From positions 64,001 to 128,000 of the forward strand of contig WJMJ01000071.1 in the NCBI GenBank assembly GCA_014728035.1: 64,000 nt of DNA, written 5' to 3'. The notes beneath the pieces are model-generated. The model was not told the origin of the DNA. It searched no databases and saw only the letters and a list, made by a program, of their open reading frames with translations. Below are positions 38,957-47,821 of this stretch, in pieces. Position 1 is the first letter of the stretch, and the number at the start of each line of letters is the position of its first letter. The position numbers and the translations under genes were made by a program. Origin of the DNA: Promethearchaeota archaeon. Its GTDB lineage: Archaea > Asgardarchaeota > Thorarchaeia > Thorarchaeales > Thorarchaeaceae.

Positions 38957-39702
38957 CCAACTTCATCAAGAGCAACAAATGCATCTAATGCTGTATGAAT
39001 CAAGGGGCCAAGATCTGGTTTTCCAGTAATTTTCGCCTCTTTCTCTATTGGTTCACCTACTATTACACAAATACTTCCTACGCGAACTTGTCTGAGCTGA
39101 CCAATAACAAATAGAGTAGAGGCTTCCATCTCTGTGGCAAGAACACCACTTTCTCTCATAATTTCCCAACGTTGTTCTAACCTATCTGAATCTGATACCT
39201 TTTCTGGAAACTCACTATAAAATGCATCTTTGCTGTGTCCGATTCCAAGATAATATCGGTCCGTATACTTCTTTGCAGATTCTTTCAATTTGGAAACGAC
39301 TAGAGGATCTGCTATTGCAGGAAATTCAATTGGAACATATTGTCTCGAGGTTCCTTCATCTCTAACGGAACCTGTAATGATTACCAAATCCCCCGCGCTC
39401 AACGAATTTTGGATAGCACCTGCTGTTCCTACTCGGATAAATGTGGTACAGCCAACATGGATTAACTCCTCAATCGCAATAGCTGCTGAAGGGCAACCAA
39501 TACCTGTTGAGCAGACTGCAACGGGCAATCCTTGGTACGTTCCTTTGTAACTCATATACTCCCTATTATCGGCTATTAATTTTGGTTGATCGAAGAACTG
39601 CTCAGCGATTGCTGTTGCACGTTTTGGATCTCCTGGAAGTAATACATACTTAGGAATTTCTCCTTTTGAAATTCCAATGTGATACTCAGATTCTATTGCC
39701 AT
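38953..39702 (-). CDS. udp: Uridine/nucleoside phosphorylase (PNP_UDP_1)
   Basis: YHI, PGDPKR, NREY, STGIGCPSAAIAIEEL, RVGTAG, RDEGTS, EMEAS. Confidence 0.9.
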   Translation of the reverse strand: MAIESEYHIGISKGEIPKYVLLPGDPKRATAIAEQFFDQPKLIADNREYMSYKGTYQGLPVAVCSTGIGCPSAAIAIEELIHVGCTTFIRVGTAGAIQNSLSAGDLVIITGSVRDEGTSRQYVPIEFPAIADPLVVSKLKESAKKYTDRYYLGIGHSKDAFYSEFPEKVSDSDRLEQRWEIMRESGVLATEMEASTLFVIGQLRQVRVGSICVIVGEPIEKEAKITGKPDLGPLIHTALDAFVALDEVG

Positions 39703-39832
39703 AAAATAGACCGAATCAACCGTGTCAGTGTTTTGTAAAAAGGTTTCGAAACAACTTTGTAGAAATCAGCTGATTGATATTATAGAGATAATCTTAAAAG
39801 ATTCCTCTGAACGCCTCCAAGGAGTGCATACT

Positions 39833-40057
39833 ATGAGTGAGGATATTACCGAACTTGAGATGGAGATTCTTCGAGTCATACTCAATGATAGTCATAGACC
39901 TGCTGCCATAACTCGCATTCTAAAAAAGAATCATGTTGAATGTGATCAAAATGCAGTAGTTCAAGCTCTGCAATCTCTTGAAGCTCGCGATCTCGTCGAG
40001 CGATACACTACAAAAACTTGGATTGGCAAGTCCAGTGCTGAAAAATACTTCAGCTAA
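39833..40057 (+). CDS. Small winged-helix protein
   Basis: ATG 39833 with GGAG RBS; VVQALQSLEARDLVER wHTH signature. Confidence 0.7.
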   Translation: MSEDITELEMEILRVILNDSHRPAAITRILKKNHVECDQNAVVQALQSLEARDLVERYTTKTWIGKSSAEKYFS

Positions 40058-40080
40058 TGGACTTGTCCATTACTTTTCCT

Positions 40081-41067
40081 TCATAAATAATTGATAAGTG
40101 TATCAACTATATTGTATGTCAGCTGGGGATTCTTCTCACAAAAAATTCGTGTCTTTACAGTATTTGAAGTGACTATTCTACCTTTGCTTTTCTTCACTAG
40201 CGCTTCGAGCTTTTCTTCTCCCTTCTCAACAAGAGGAAGTACGTGAGCTACTGCCATCCCTACATTTTCTGCACCTTGTTCCATTAGTCTTTCAGATGCA
40301 CTCAACAGAGTACTACCACTTTTTGTAAGGTCATCTACCACAATAATATCTTTACAGTCCATCTCAACATCTCCATGAACCTGCACACAGTATGAGTTGT
40401 CACGACTTTTTCCAAATCCTGCTATGTCGTATCTCATTTGAGCTCCCTCGTCTGGTGTTATTACTCCATACTCATCAAAACCAAATTGCTTGGCAGCAAA
40501 CTTGATTAAATCAGGCACAATGTCAATTTCTTCGTAAAGGCCTCTTTTCCTGAGCTTCTCTACCCATGGCATCGTTGCAGTTGCATGTGGATTAACCACC
40601 CAAATTTTGTTACACAGCTTTGCCATGGTTTCCATTGCCCATCTTCCAGAAACAGCTTCTCCCGTTTTGAATGATTTATCTTGCAGCGCAAATGGCTGAA
40701 ATGTTAGGACGACCTCTACATTTCTTGGAGGTTCAATAGGAGTTTCCTTGTATTCTTTGTGACCAACCTTTTCGACTTCTACAGGTCTATTTAATAGATC
40801 CAAAATAAGCATTAGTTCAACCACACGGTCCGATGTGGTATATCTTTCAGATTCAGCAGGTCCAGCACCTGTGCAGCTCTGAATAACTACTACACGTCTC
40901 CTTGATAATTCAGCTACATTTTCAATCCTTGTATAGATATCTGCATTAGGAAATATCCGTCTATCATCATAATTGAGCTCACAGGTGAAAACTCTATAGC
41001 CAAAACTCTCAAAACGAGCTTTCATATGTTCTGCTCCAGTTGCTAGAATGACATCGTATTCTTTCAT
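40081..41067 (-). CDS. Divergent ribose-phosphate pyrophosphokinase-like / type I phosphoribosyltransferase
   Basis: FPNADIYTRI, PFALQDK..GEAVS, VNPH, TPDEGA, VVDDLTKSGSTL (PRT motif). Confidence 0.75.
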   Translation of the reverse strand: MKEYDVILATGAEHMKARFESFGYRVFTCELNYDDRRIFPNADIYTRIENVAELSRRRVVVIQSCTGAGPAESERYTTSDRVVELMLILDLLNRPVEVEKVGHKEYKETPIEPPRNVEVVLTFQPFALQDKSFKTGEAVSGRWAMETMAKLCNKIWVVNPHATATMPWVEKLRKRGLYEEIDIVPDLIKFAAKQFGFDEYGVITPDEGAQMRYDIAGFGKSRDNSYCVQVHGDVEMDCKDIIVVDDLTKSGSTLLSASERLMEQGAENVGMAVAHVLPLVEKGEEKLEALVKKSKGRIVTSNTVKTRIFCEKNPQLTYNIVDTLINYL

Positions 41068-41118
41068 TTACGACCGCCGTGTTCTCGCCAGAGCAATCCC
41101 CTAAATAGTCTTACCATT

Positions 41119-41664
41119 CTATCTAACATCAGGTCGTTGTTGACCCACATATCTACTCTGTTTCCGTTTGTCGTATACAGTCTTAGCAGGGCTACTGAGT
41201 GGCATGAACATAATCTGGACAATCCTCATTCCAGGATAAAGAAGAACTGGACTAAGGTTCTCACAAAAAACCTCTAATGTCAGTCGACTAGGCTTCTCAA
41301 TTCCGGTACCAGGATTAACTAGACCTGCTGCATGAACAATGATTCCAAGTCTAGCTACACTCGACCGGCCTTCTAACAGTGCAGCATACTTTGGAGATAT
41401 TGAGATGTTCTCTATGGTCTGGGCTAAAATAAACTGCCCTGGTAGAATCATAAATGGCTCTGTTTCTGTATCCACTACCTTGGTGTCTCTATCAACAGGT
41501 TTGTCAGATTTAATATCAACAGGAGCCCCTGGACTATATATACGAAAAACGGAGTCAAGCGTTAAATCGATGCTACAAGGACCTAACATATCCTGTTCAA
41601 ATGGGTCGATCTTTATGTCTCCTTTATCTATTGCCTTCTCAATATCTGTGTCTGAGAGCATCAT
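41119..41664 (-). CDS. dcd: dCTP deaminase
   Basis: MLSDTDI, PCSIDLTL, EGRSSVARLG, LTLE, YPGMRIVQ, RYVGQ. Confidence 0.92.
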   Translation of the reverse strand: MMLSDTDIEKAIDKGDIKIDPFEQDMLGPCSIDLTLDSVFRIYSPGAPVDIKSDKPVDRDTKVVDTETEPFMILPGQFILAQTIENISISPKYAALLEGRSSVARLGIIVHAAGLVNPGTGIEKPSRLTLEVFCENLSPVLLYPGMRIVQIMFMPLSSPAKTVYDKRKQSRYVGQQRPDVR

Positions 41665-41838
41665 TTCGTTTAGCACCTTTATTGAATGACACTTGAACAA
41701 TTTCCTAAAGATATTGTTGGTTGATATGAATCAGTAACTGGATGTTAAATTGGTACTGTGATGTTTTTATGACCGTATACGACAATCTAAAATGCACTTA
41801 ATCTGTATTATTAATGCCACCAGGAGTATGAATTCCTG

Positions 41839-42549
41839 TTGAGTTTAACAGCCCGAGACCTTCTGCATAAGCTTGCTAAGGACACTGGAATTGATTACAG
41901 TATCCTTGCTAAAAGAGTGAACAGTGACATTAAGAAAGGAAAATCATTTCTCGACTCTATCAGAATTATCGCATCAGACAAGGGACTGAATCCGGATCGT
42001 TACTTGCTGGATTCACGAAAGATTGCGATAGAAGTTAAGGCAATTCTTCAAGATGATTACTCTCAGACTTTGATGATATCTGCAGTACTTGCACAGATGG
42101 TTGAAGCACGAGGAAAGCAACATTATCCTGTACCAGCTTTTCTTGCGTATCTTGAGATTCTTTATTCCATTTCTGAAAATGATTTCACCATACAATCTGA
42201 TCCACCAGAGGATATTGATGGGACAACAACAAGAATAATCGAGCTAACAACATCGCTAGTATCATTAGTATGCAGATGGAATGATGATGGCATCGTCGGG
42301 ATAGCAAAAAGTTGTCCTGATGAGCTAAGAGAATTGGCAAAAGCTGTATATAGAAAAACGCGGATGCTTCAGAATGGTCTTTGGACATGTATCTCATGTG
42401 GTAAAATAGTAATGGTTTCTGATACAAGAGCTCTCATGTGTCTAGAGTGTGATGGACAGTTTTCAGATGATTCCTCCTTGACGACTTTTCATCGAGAACG
42501 TGAACGTGTTGGCTACGGGAGAACAGAACGCGGTGACTCAATTGAATAA
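41839..42549 (+). CDS. Hypothetical helical protein with C-terminal C4 zinc ribbon
   Basis: WTCISCG...LMCLECD; GGAG RBS. Confidence 0.7.
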   Translation: MSLTARDLLHKLAKDTGIDYSILAKRVNSDIKKGKSFLDSIRIIASDKGLNPDRYLLDSRKIAIEVKAILQDDYSQTLMISAVLAQMVEARGKQHYPVPAFLAYLEILYSISENDFTIQSDPPEDIDGTTTRIIELTTSLVSLVCRWNDDGIVGIAKSCPDELRELAKAVYRKTRMLQNGLWTCISCGKIVMVSDTRALMCLECDGQFSDDSSLTTFHRERERVGYGRTERGDSIE

Positions 42550-42552
42550 ATG

Positions 42553-43197
42553 TTAGACTCTTGAGAGCTGGAGGTCGAATCCTCGATTGATAAGGTCTTC
42601 AGCAGTATCAATTTCTCCTTGAGTGACAATTATATCGTTTATTTGAATCACTTGCTCGGTATCCAATCGATCCTCAACATATAAAATCACGGGGTCGAGA
42701 TCTGCTACCGTTGCAACACTGATCAGTGGTGCTGTTAGGCCATCATAGAAATCAGAATGACCTCTTGGAATATCCAATCGCTCTAATAACCGTTCTCCTT
42801 TCTTTGAAAGAACTTGCCCACAAGTTGGACCTGAATGAGCTACTATTGCAACCAGAAATCTAGTAGGGATATTTCCGCGGATATAGAACAATGCATCGGT
42901 AAGCCACTCATAGTCTTTGATACTGACATCACCCCATATCATCATAAGGTCATCTCTTATCATGCCATGGACAGGAATTACTGGAGGCTTAATTCCAGCT
43001 GGATACCTGTTCCATGAAGAAAAGGAAGGAGAATTGAACAATAGTACTGTTCGAAAAAAGTTCTTTTCGTATATTTTTCTGCAAAGGGTCTGACCTAATG
43101 GATTGAGACCTAGAAGTACAGTATAATTGTCTGTAATCTTCTCTCTTAGGTATACTTCGAGTATGGGAGAGATCCATTCTTGTTCAAATACGGGCAT
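42553..43197 (-). CDS. Divergent PAC2 (proteasome assembly chaperone)-fold protein
   Basis: VLLGLNPLGQ..FNSPSF...IWGD...DGLTAPLI..LYVE...FDLQL follows the PAC2/PbaB layout. Confidence 0.55.
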   Translation of the reverse strand: MPVFEQEWISPILEVYLREKITDNYTVLLGLNPLGQTLCRKIYEKNFFRTVLLFNSPSFSSWNRYPAGIKPPVIPVHGMIRDDLMMIWGDVSIKDYEWLTDALFYIRGNIPTRFLVAIVAHSGPTCGQVLSKKGERLLERLDIPRGHSDFYDGLTAPLISVATVADLDPVILYVEDRLDTEQVIQINDIIVTQGEIDTAEDLINRGFDLQLSRV

Positions 43198-43359
43198 CTA
43201 AGCTGTCTCACTGTTTGTGATATATCTACTATTTTGTAAAGCAATATTTAATTGTGCATCTACGCCATCTATTACTCTTACTTCAAGTCCCAATCCGATT
43301 CATTTATGTGTAAGCAACTTTGCGATTCAATTGCCTAATACAGCATATTGGTGATATCA

Positions 43360-44706
43360 GTGGATAAGTACATCGAGCATGTATATAATGCCCTAGTTGA
43401 AAAGGACCCCGAGCAGAAGGTGTTTCACCAGGCAGCTCTTGAGGTTCTAGAATCACTGGAGCCCGCAACAAAGAAGTACCCCAAGTACCAAGAGAAATCA
43501 ATTCTTGAACGTATTACCGTTCCAGAACGAATTATCAAATTCCGAGTACCATGGGTTAACAAAGAAGGAAAGATTGAGGTCAACCGTGGCTATAGAATCC
43601 AATTCAATTCAGCCATCGGACCCTATAAGGGCGGTCTCCGATTCCACCCCACCGTGAATGAGGGTGTTCTGAAGTTCCTCGGTTTTGAGCAGATCTTCAA
43701 GAATAGTCTCACAGGCCTACCAATGGGCGGGGGCAAAGGTGGATCTGATTTCGACCCTAAGGGTAAGACTGATGAAGAAGTACGTAATTTCTGTTACAGC
43801 TTCATGTCCGAGCTTTACAGACATATTGGTCAATTTACTGATGTGCCTGCTGGTGACATTGGTGTTGGCGGTCGTGAAATCGGGTACTTGTATGGTGCTT
43901 ACAGAAATATTACAAACCATCATGGCACTTGTGTGTTAACTGGTAAGGGACTCCCTTACGGTGGTTCATTAATTCGACCTGAAGCTACCGGATATGGTTG
44001 TGTTTATTTTGTGCAAGAGATGCTGAAAACCAAGAACGAAGAAATGAAAGGAAAGGTTGCATGTATCTCTGGTTCAGGTAATGTAGCACAGTTTGCAGCA
44101 GAGAAATGTCTTGACCTTGGTGTCAAAGTTGTTGCAATGAGTGATTCTAGTGGATGGATTCATGATCCTGACGGTATCGACCGTGATAAGCTTGCATGGA
44201 TTATGGAGCTCAAGAATGTTCGTCGTGGTAGAATCAGAGAATATGCTGATGAATACGATGTTGAATATTCTTCAAAAGGTAGTCCTTGGAGTGTTAAGTG
44301 TGATATCGCTCTCCCAAGTGCAACCCAAAATGAAGTTGATGCTAAAGAGGCACAAGCACTTGTTGACAATGGCGTAATGGCTGTTGGTGAAGGTGCTAAC
44401 ATGCCTTGTGTACCCCAGGCAGTGGAAATCTTCCAGAAAGCTGGAGTGCTCTTTGGCCCTGGAAAAGCAGCCAATGCTGGTGGAGTATCAGTTTCAGGTC
44501 TTGAAATGGCACAAAACAGTCAGAGATTCTTCTGGACTCGTGAAGAAGTTGACAAACGCCTACATGGTATTATGGTCAATATTCATGAGAATGCCTACAA
44601 GACAGCTGAAGTATTTGGCAAGAAAGGCGATTACGTCCTTGGTGCTAACATTGCTGGCTTCCTAAAAGTTGCCGAAGCGATGCTTGCAATGGGCTTCTAC
44701 GCATAA
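43360..44706 (+). CDS. gdhA: NADP-dependent glutamate dehydrogenase
   Basis: GPYKGGLRFHP, GGGKGGSDF, DVPAGDIGVG, RPEATGYG, GSGNVA, PSATQNE, KAANAGGV. Confidence 0.97.
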   Translation: MDKYIEHVYNALVEKDPEQKVFHQAALEVLESLEPATKKYPKYQEKSILERITVPERIIKFRVPWVNKEGKIEVNRGYRIQFNSAIGPYKGGLRFHPTVNEGVLKFLGFEQIFKNSLTGLPMGGGKGGSDFDPKGKTDEEVRNFCYSFMSELYRHIGQFTDVPAGDIGVGGREIGYLYGAYRNITNHHGTCVLTGKGLPYGGSLIRPEATGYGCVYFVQEMLKTKNEEMKGKVACISGSGNVAQFAAEKCLDLGVKVVAMSDSSGWIHDPDGIDRDKLAWIMELKNVRRGRIREYADEYDVEYSSKGSPWSVKCDIALPSATQNEVDAKEAQALVDNGVMAVGEGANMPCVPQAVEIFQKAGVLFGPGKAANAGGVSVSGLEMAQNSQRFFWTREEVDKRLHGIMVNIHENAYKTAEVFGKKGDYVLGANIAGFLKVAEAMLAMGFYA

Positions 44707-44714
44707 TACAGGTT

Positions 44715-44750
44715 AGCAGAACCTCTTTGGTTCTGCTTTCTTTTGTTTTT
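44715..44750 (+). terminator. Hairpin terminator after gdhA
   Basis: AGCAGAACC-TCTTT-GGTTCTGCT followed by TTCTTTTGTTTTT. Confidence 0.8.
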
Positions 44751-45360
44751 ATTTCTTAATGATTTCAAGTAATTCTGATAGTCTTCGTTTTACATCAGAC
44801 TCTACTGTACTCAACTCAGTTAGCTTGCGAAGATGTTTGATATGCTCTTCTCTATATTCCTCATCCGAGACCTTTCCCTTTCGGCGTTTGAGTTCTAAAG
44901 CATCCATCTCTTGATTGATTACTTTCCGTTTTTTTGATACAAGCTCAAACCCTTCTCGAAGAGACATCCATTCAATCATCGCATGAGCTTTTTCTTCCTT
45001 TATCTTCTCTTGTTTTCGTTTTTCTTTCTCTTGGAGTCTTAATCGCTTGTTGACTTCACGAATCTCTTTCTGTATTTCTCCGAGTCGTGCCTCGACATCT
45101 CTCTTCACATGGATGATTTGAGTAGATGCCTGCCATTTTTCTTGATATAGTTTGATATGTTCTGCTTCAGACATCTCTTTTCTTTTCAATTTTCTATCTA
45201 GCTCAATGAGTTCTTCTTGAATCTCTCGAAGTTGTCTTTTAACTTCTTGATACGATTTTTTCAAGGAAATCCATTCAACAGTGTACTCTCCCAAAATTTC
45301 CTTTTGATCTATTTCAAAAGGATCAATTTCCTCATCATCAAATCCTTCGAGATGGCTCAT
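44749..45360 (-). CDS. Coiled-coil protein with internal duplication (CdvA-coiled-coil-like)
   Basis: Two roughly 73-aa repeats, EWISL...KEMSEAEH...VEARLGEI and EWMSL...GKVSDEEY...VKRRLSEL. Confidence 0.7.
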   Translation of the reverse strand: MSHLEGFDDEEIDPFEIDQKEILGEYTVEWISLKKSYQEVKRQLREIQEELIELDRKLKRKEMSEAEHIKLYQEKWQASTQIIHVKRDVEARLGEIQKEIREVNKRLRLQEKEKRKQEKIKEEKAHAMIEWMSLREGFELVSKKRKVINQEMDALELKRRKGKVSDEEYREEHIKHLRKLTELSTVESDVKRRLSELLEIIKK

Positions 45361-45481
45361 GGTGATTCAAACTCCTATTGCATATTATGCCTATAGTCCT
45401 TTTGAGTGTAATCGTTGAATACTACCAGAATATTACAGAAGAACTAAGAGGGGGTTTTATCGGAAATGTCTTGTGATAGAT

Positions 45482-46543
45482 ATGACTCTTGAGGTTGAGC
45501 TCGTTCCTCATGAACAACGAAAGGCAAAACCTGCCGATATCTTGCAAGTTCCTTTTGGTACTGTTTTTACTGACCATATGCTCTCTATGGAGTATTCTGA
45601 TGGAAAATGGCATCCTGCAAGAATTCATCCTTACAAAAAACTTGAATTGGATCCATCTGCATTAGTATTGCATTATGGACAAGGCATATTTGAAGGAATG
45701 AAAGCATACCGGCGATTTGACAAATGCTTTCTATTTCGGCCAGAAAAGAACTTCGAACGATTCAACGCTTCAGCAACAAGAATGGTTATGGCTAACATTG
45801 ATGAACAGCAAGCTCTAGAAAATTTGAAACATCTACTCAAAATCGAAAAAGATTGGATTCCACAAGCTCGTGGGACTTCATTGTATATTCGTCCTACAAT
45901 GATTGCTACTGAATCAAAACTTGGAGTACGTCCATCTCTCGAGTACCTATACTATGTGATCCTATCTCCGGTAGGTCCGTACTTCAAATCCTTCGAACCA
46001 GTGAAAATCATGGTTGCAGACAAGTATGTTCGAGCAGCAAAAGGTGGAGTTGGTTCTGCAAAAACAATGGGTAATTACGCTGCTAGTCTTATGGCAGCGA
46101 AGAAGGCAAAGGAACTTGGGTATTCTCAAGTTCTGTGGTTGGATGCTCATGATAACAGGTATATAGAAGAAGTAGGAACAATGAATCTCTTTATTCGATT
46201 TGATGACGAATTAGCAACCGCTCCCCTTCAAGGGACCATTCTCCCGGGTATCACACGTGATTCGGTAATTCACATGACAAAAGACTGGGGTTACACGGTA
46301 AACGAACGGAAAATACCTATCGATGAGGTTCTTGAAGGTATTCAGTCTGGAAAAGTTCTTGAAATATTTGGGGCTGGAACTGCTGCTGTTATAGCGCCAG
46401 TTGGAAATCTTTGGTACAAAGGTGATGATTATAGCGTTGCTGACGGTGGAATTGGCCAGCTGACACAAAAACTCTTTGACACATTAACAGGTATGCAATG
46501 TGGTCAAGTAGAAGACAAATATGACTGGGTTTCAGTCATCTAA
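45482..46543 (+). CDS. ilvE: Branched-chain amino acid aminotransferase
   Basis: FTDHM, LHYGQGIFEGMKAY, LYIRP, KTMGNY, EEVGTMN, ILPGITR, GTAAVIAP. Confidence 0.96.
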   Translation: MTLEVELVPHEQRKAKPADILQVPFGTVFTDHMLSMEYSDGKWHPARIHPYKKLELDPSALVLHYGQGIFEGMKAYRRFDKCFLFRPEKNFERFNASATRMVMANIDEQQALENLKHLLKIEKDWIPQARGTSLYIRPTMIATESKLGVRPSLEYLYYVILSPVGPYFKSFEPVKIMVADKYVRAAKGGVGSAKTMGNYAASLMAAKKAKELGYSQVLWLDAHDNRYIEEVGTMNLFIRFDDELATAPLQGTILPGITRDSVIHMTKDWGYTVNERKIPIDEVLEGIQSGKVLEIFGAGTAAVIAPVGNLWYKGDDYSVADGGIGQLTQKLFDTLTGMQCGQVEDKYDWVSVI

Positions 46544-46559
46544 TGAAAACTTGGGCATT

Positions 46560-46698
46560 GTTGGACTCGATCTGATAGGAAGCTGCATTGGCTGGGATGA
46601 AGGTCTGGTTGCATGACATAGCATCGCTGACCACGACAGAGTTTCACCCAGTGCATTTTCCTGTGAGGCCAACGTTCTGATTTCTAAGGTTGTCCAAC
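46560..46698. ncRNA. Candidate rod-shaped structured RNA between convergent genes
   Basis: GTTGGAC/GTCCAAC closing stem with nested AGGAAG/TTTCCT, TGCA/TGCA, CTGGG/CCCAG, TGAA/TTCA, GTC/GAC and TGGT/ACCA. Confidence 0.45.
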
Positions 46699-46751
46699 TA
46701 AAAATGAACGGTTGTCGGATCAATTAATGAAGATGCCCAAACTGGCATCTC

Positions 46752-47213
46752 TTATTCATTAATTTCTTTATTTTCACGAGCTCGTTTTTCAGCTTCAGAT
46801 TCTGGTGGAGATGTATGATCCAATTCTTCCCAAGATGGAACTCGTCTTGTTTCTGGGGGTCGGGGAGTGTCATCGACATACCTTTCATAGTGTGCAGTTT
46901 TATCGTCTGGTCCTGGAGGTTCCAATTCTTCATCAATCTCTGGAAGGTCTACTTCGTCCTGATCGTAGTCTTCCTCCTCATATTCCTCCTCGTCATATTC
47001 GACTTCATAATCCTCCTCGTAGCTTTCTTCTTCAAATTCGGACATATCTGGAAGAGTTACTGGAATTCCTCCGACCTCTATTTTATGCAGAAGATGTCTA
47101 AACATTCTTTCAACTACTTCTGGCTTACCTTTTGCCTCGAATTCTAAGTCTCCTATCTCAAATTCGATTTCGATTATCCCATTATGCTCCTTTTTAATAG
47201 TCTTGGGCATCAA
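46752..47213 (-). CDS. Hypothetical protein with highly acidic low-complexity C-terminal half
   Basis: Small beta-beta-alpha N-domain followed by an E/D/Y-rich tract; GGTGA RBS; hairpin AGATGCC/GGCATCT after the stop. Confidence 0.65.
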   Translation of the reverse strand: MMPKTIKKEHNGIIEIEFEIGDLEFEAKGKPEVVERMFRHLLHKIEVGGIPVTLPDMSEFEEESYEEDYEVEYDEEEYEEEDYDQDEVDLPEIDEELEPPGPDDKTAHYERYVDDTPRPPETRRVPSWEELDHTSPPESEAEKRARENKEINE

Positions 47214-47319
47214 TATTCACCTAGTACGATAGATTATCAAATCCTAATAAGCGTACATGTCAATGGGCGAATCCTTTTAGCATGGTAATGTAGTATTGTG
47301 GTATTGCGAGGTAATCGCT

Positions 47320-47820
47320 TTGACATCACAACTGGTCGTTGATTATACAAAATGCACAGGATGTAGAATATGTGAGCTAGCATGTTCCGCTAAGCACGAA
47401 GGAAGATTTCAACCAAGTCTTGCGCGTCTCAAAATTGTTCGCTACGATGATTTAGGTATCGATGTGCCAAATGTATGCGCTCCGTGTGAAGAAGCTCCAT
47501 GTGTCGAAGTATGTCCTGTCTATGCTATGCGTAGGGATCCGATAACAAAGATGACTTTCTTGGATAATGACAAATGCATTCTCTGCAAATCCTGCGTTGG
47601 TGCATGCGTGAATGGTGTAATTTTACTTGATACCGCAAAGATGCAAATTATCAAATGTGACCATTGTGGAGGCGATCCTGAATGTGCAAAAGCTTGTCCT
47701 ACTGGTGCAATAACATATGGACCCATACAAAGTGTTTCTGTTTCTAGTCGCCATGAAAAAATATCTGAATATCTCAGAGAGATAGGACGAACTGCTAGTA
47801 AAGCCCGTGGTGATGCTTGA
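47320..47820 (+). CDS. 4Fe-4S dicluster electron-transfer subunit of AOR
   Basis: CTGCRICELAC, CAPCEEAPCVEVCP, CILCKSCVGAC, KCDHCGGDPECAKACP. Confidence 0.93.
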   Translation: MTSQLVVDYTKCTGCRICELACSAKHEGRFQPSLARLKIVRYDDLGIDVPNVCAPCEEAPCVEVCPVYAMRRDPITKMTFLDNDKCILCKSCVGACVNGVILLDTAKMQIIKCDHCGGDPECAKACPTGAITYGPIQSVSVSSRHEKISEYLREIGRTASKARGDA

Positions 47821-47821
47821 T

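Noticed and set aside
46597-46641. Eukaryote-like SECIS element (ATGA...GA)
   Set aside because: No apical AA motif, and neither flanking gene has an in-frame TGA; both end in TAA.
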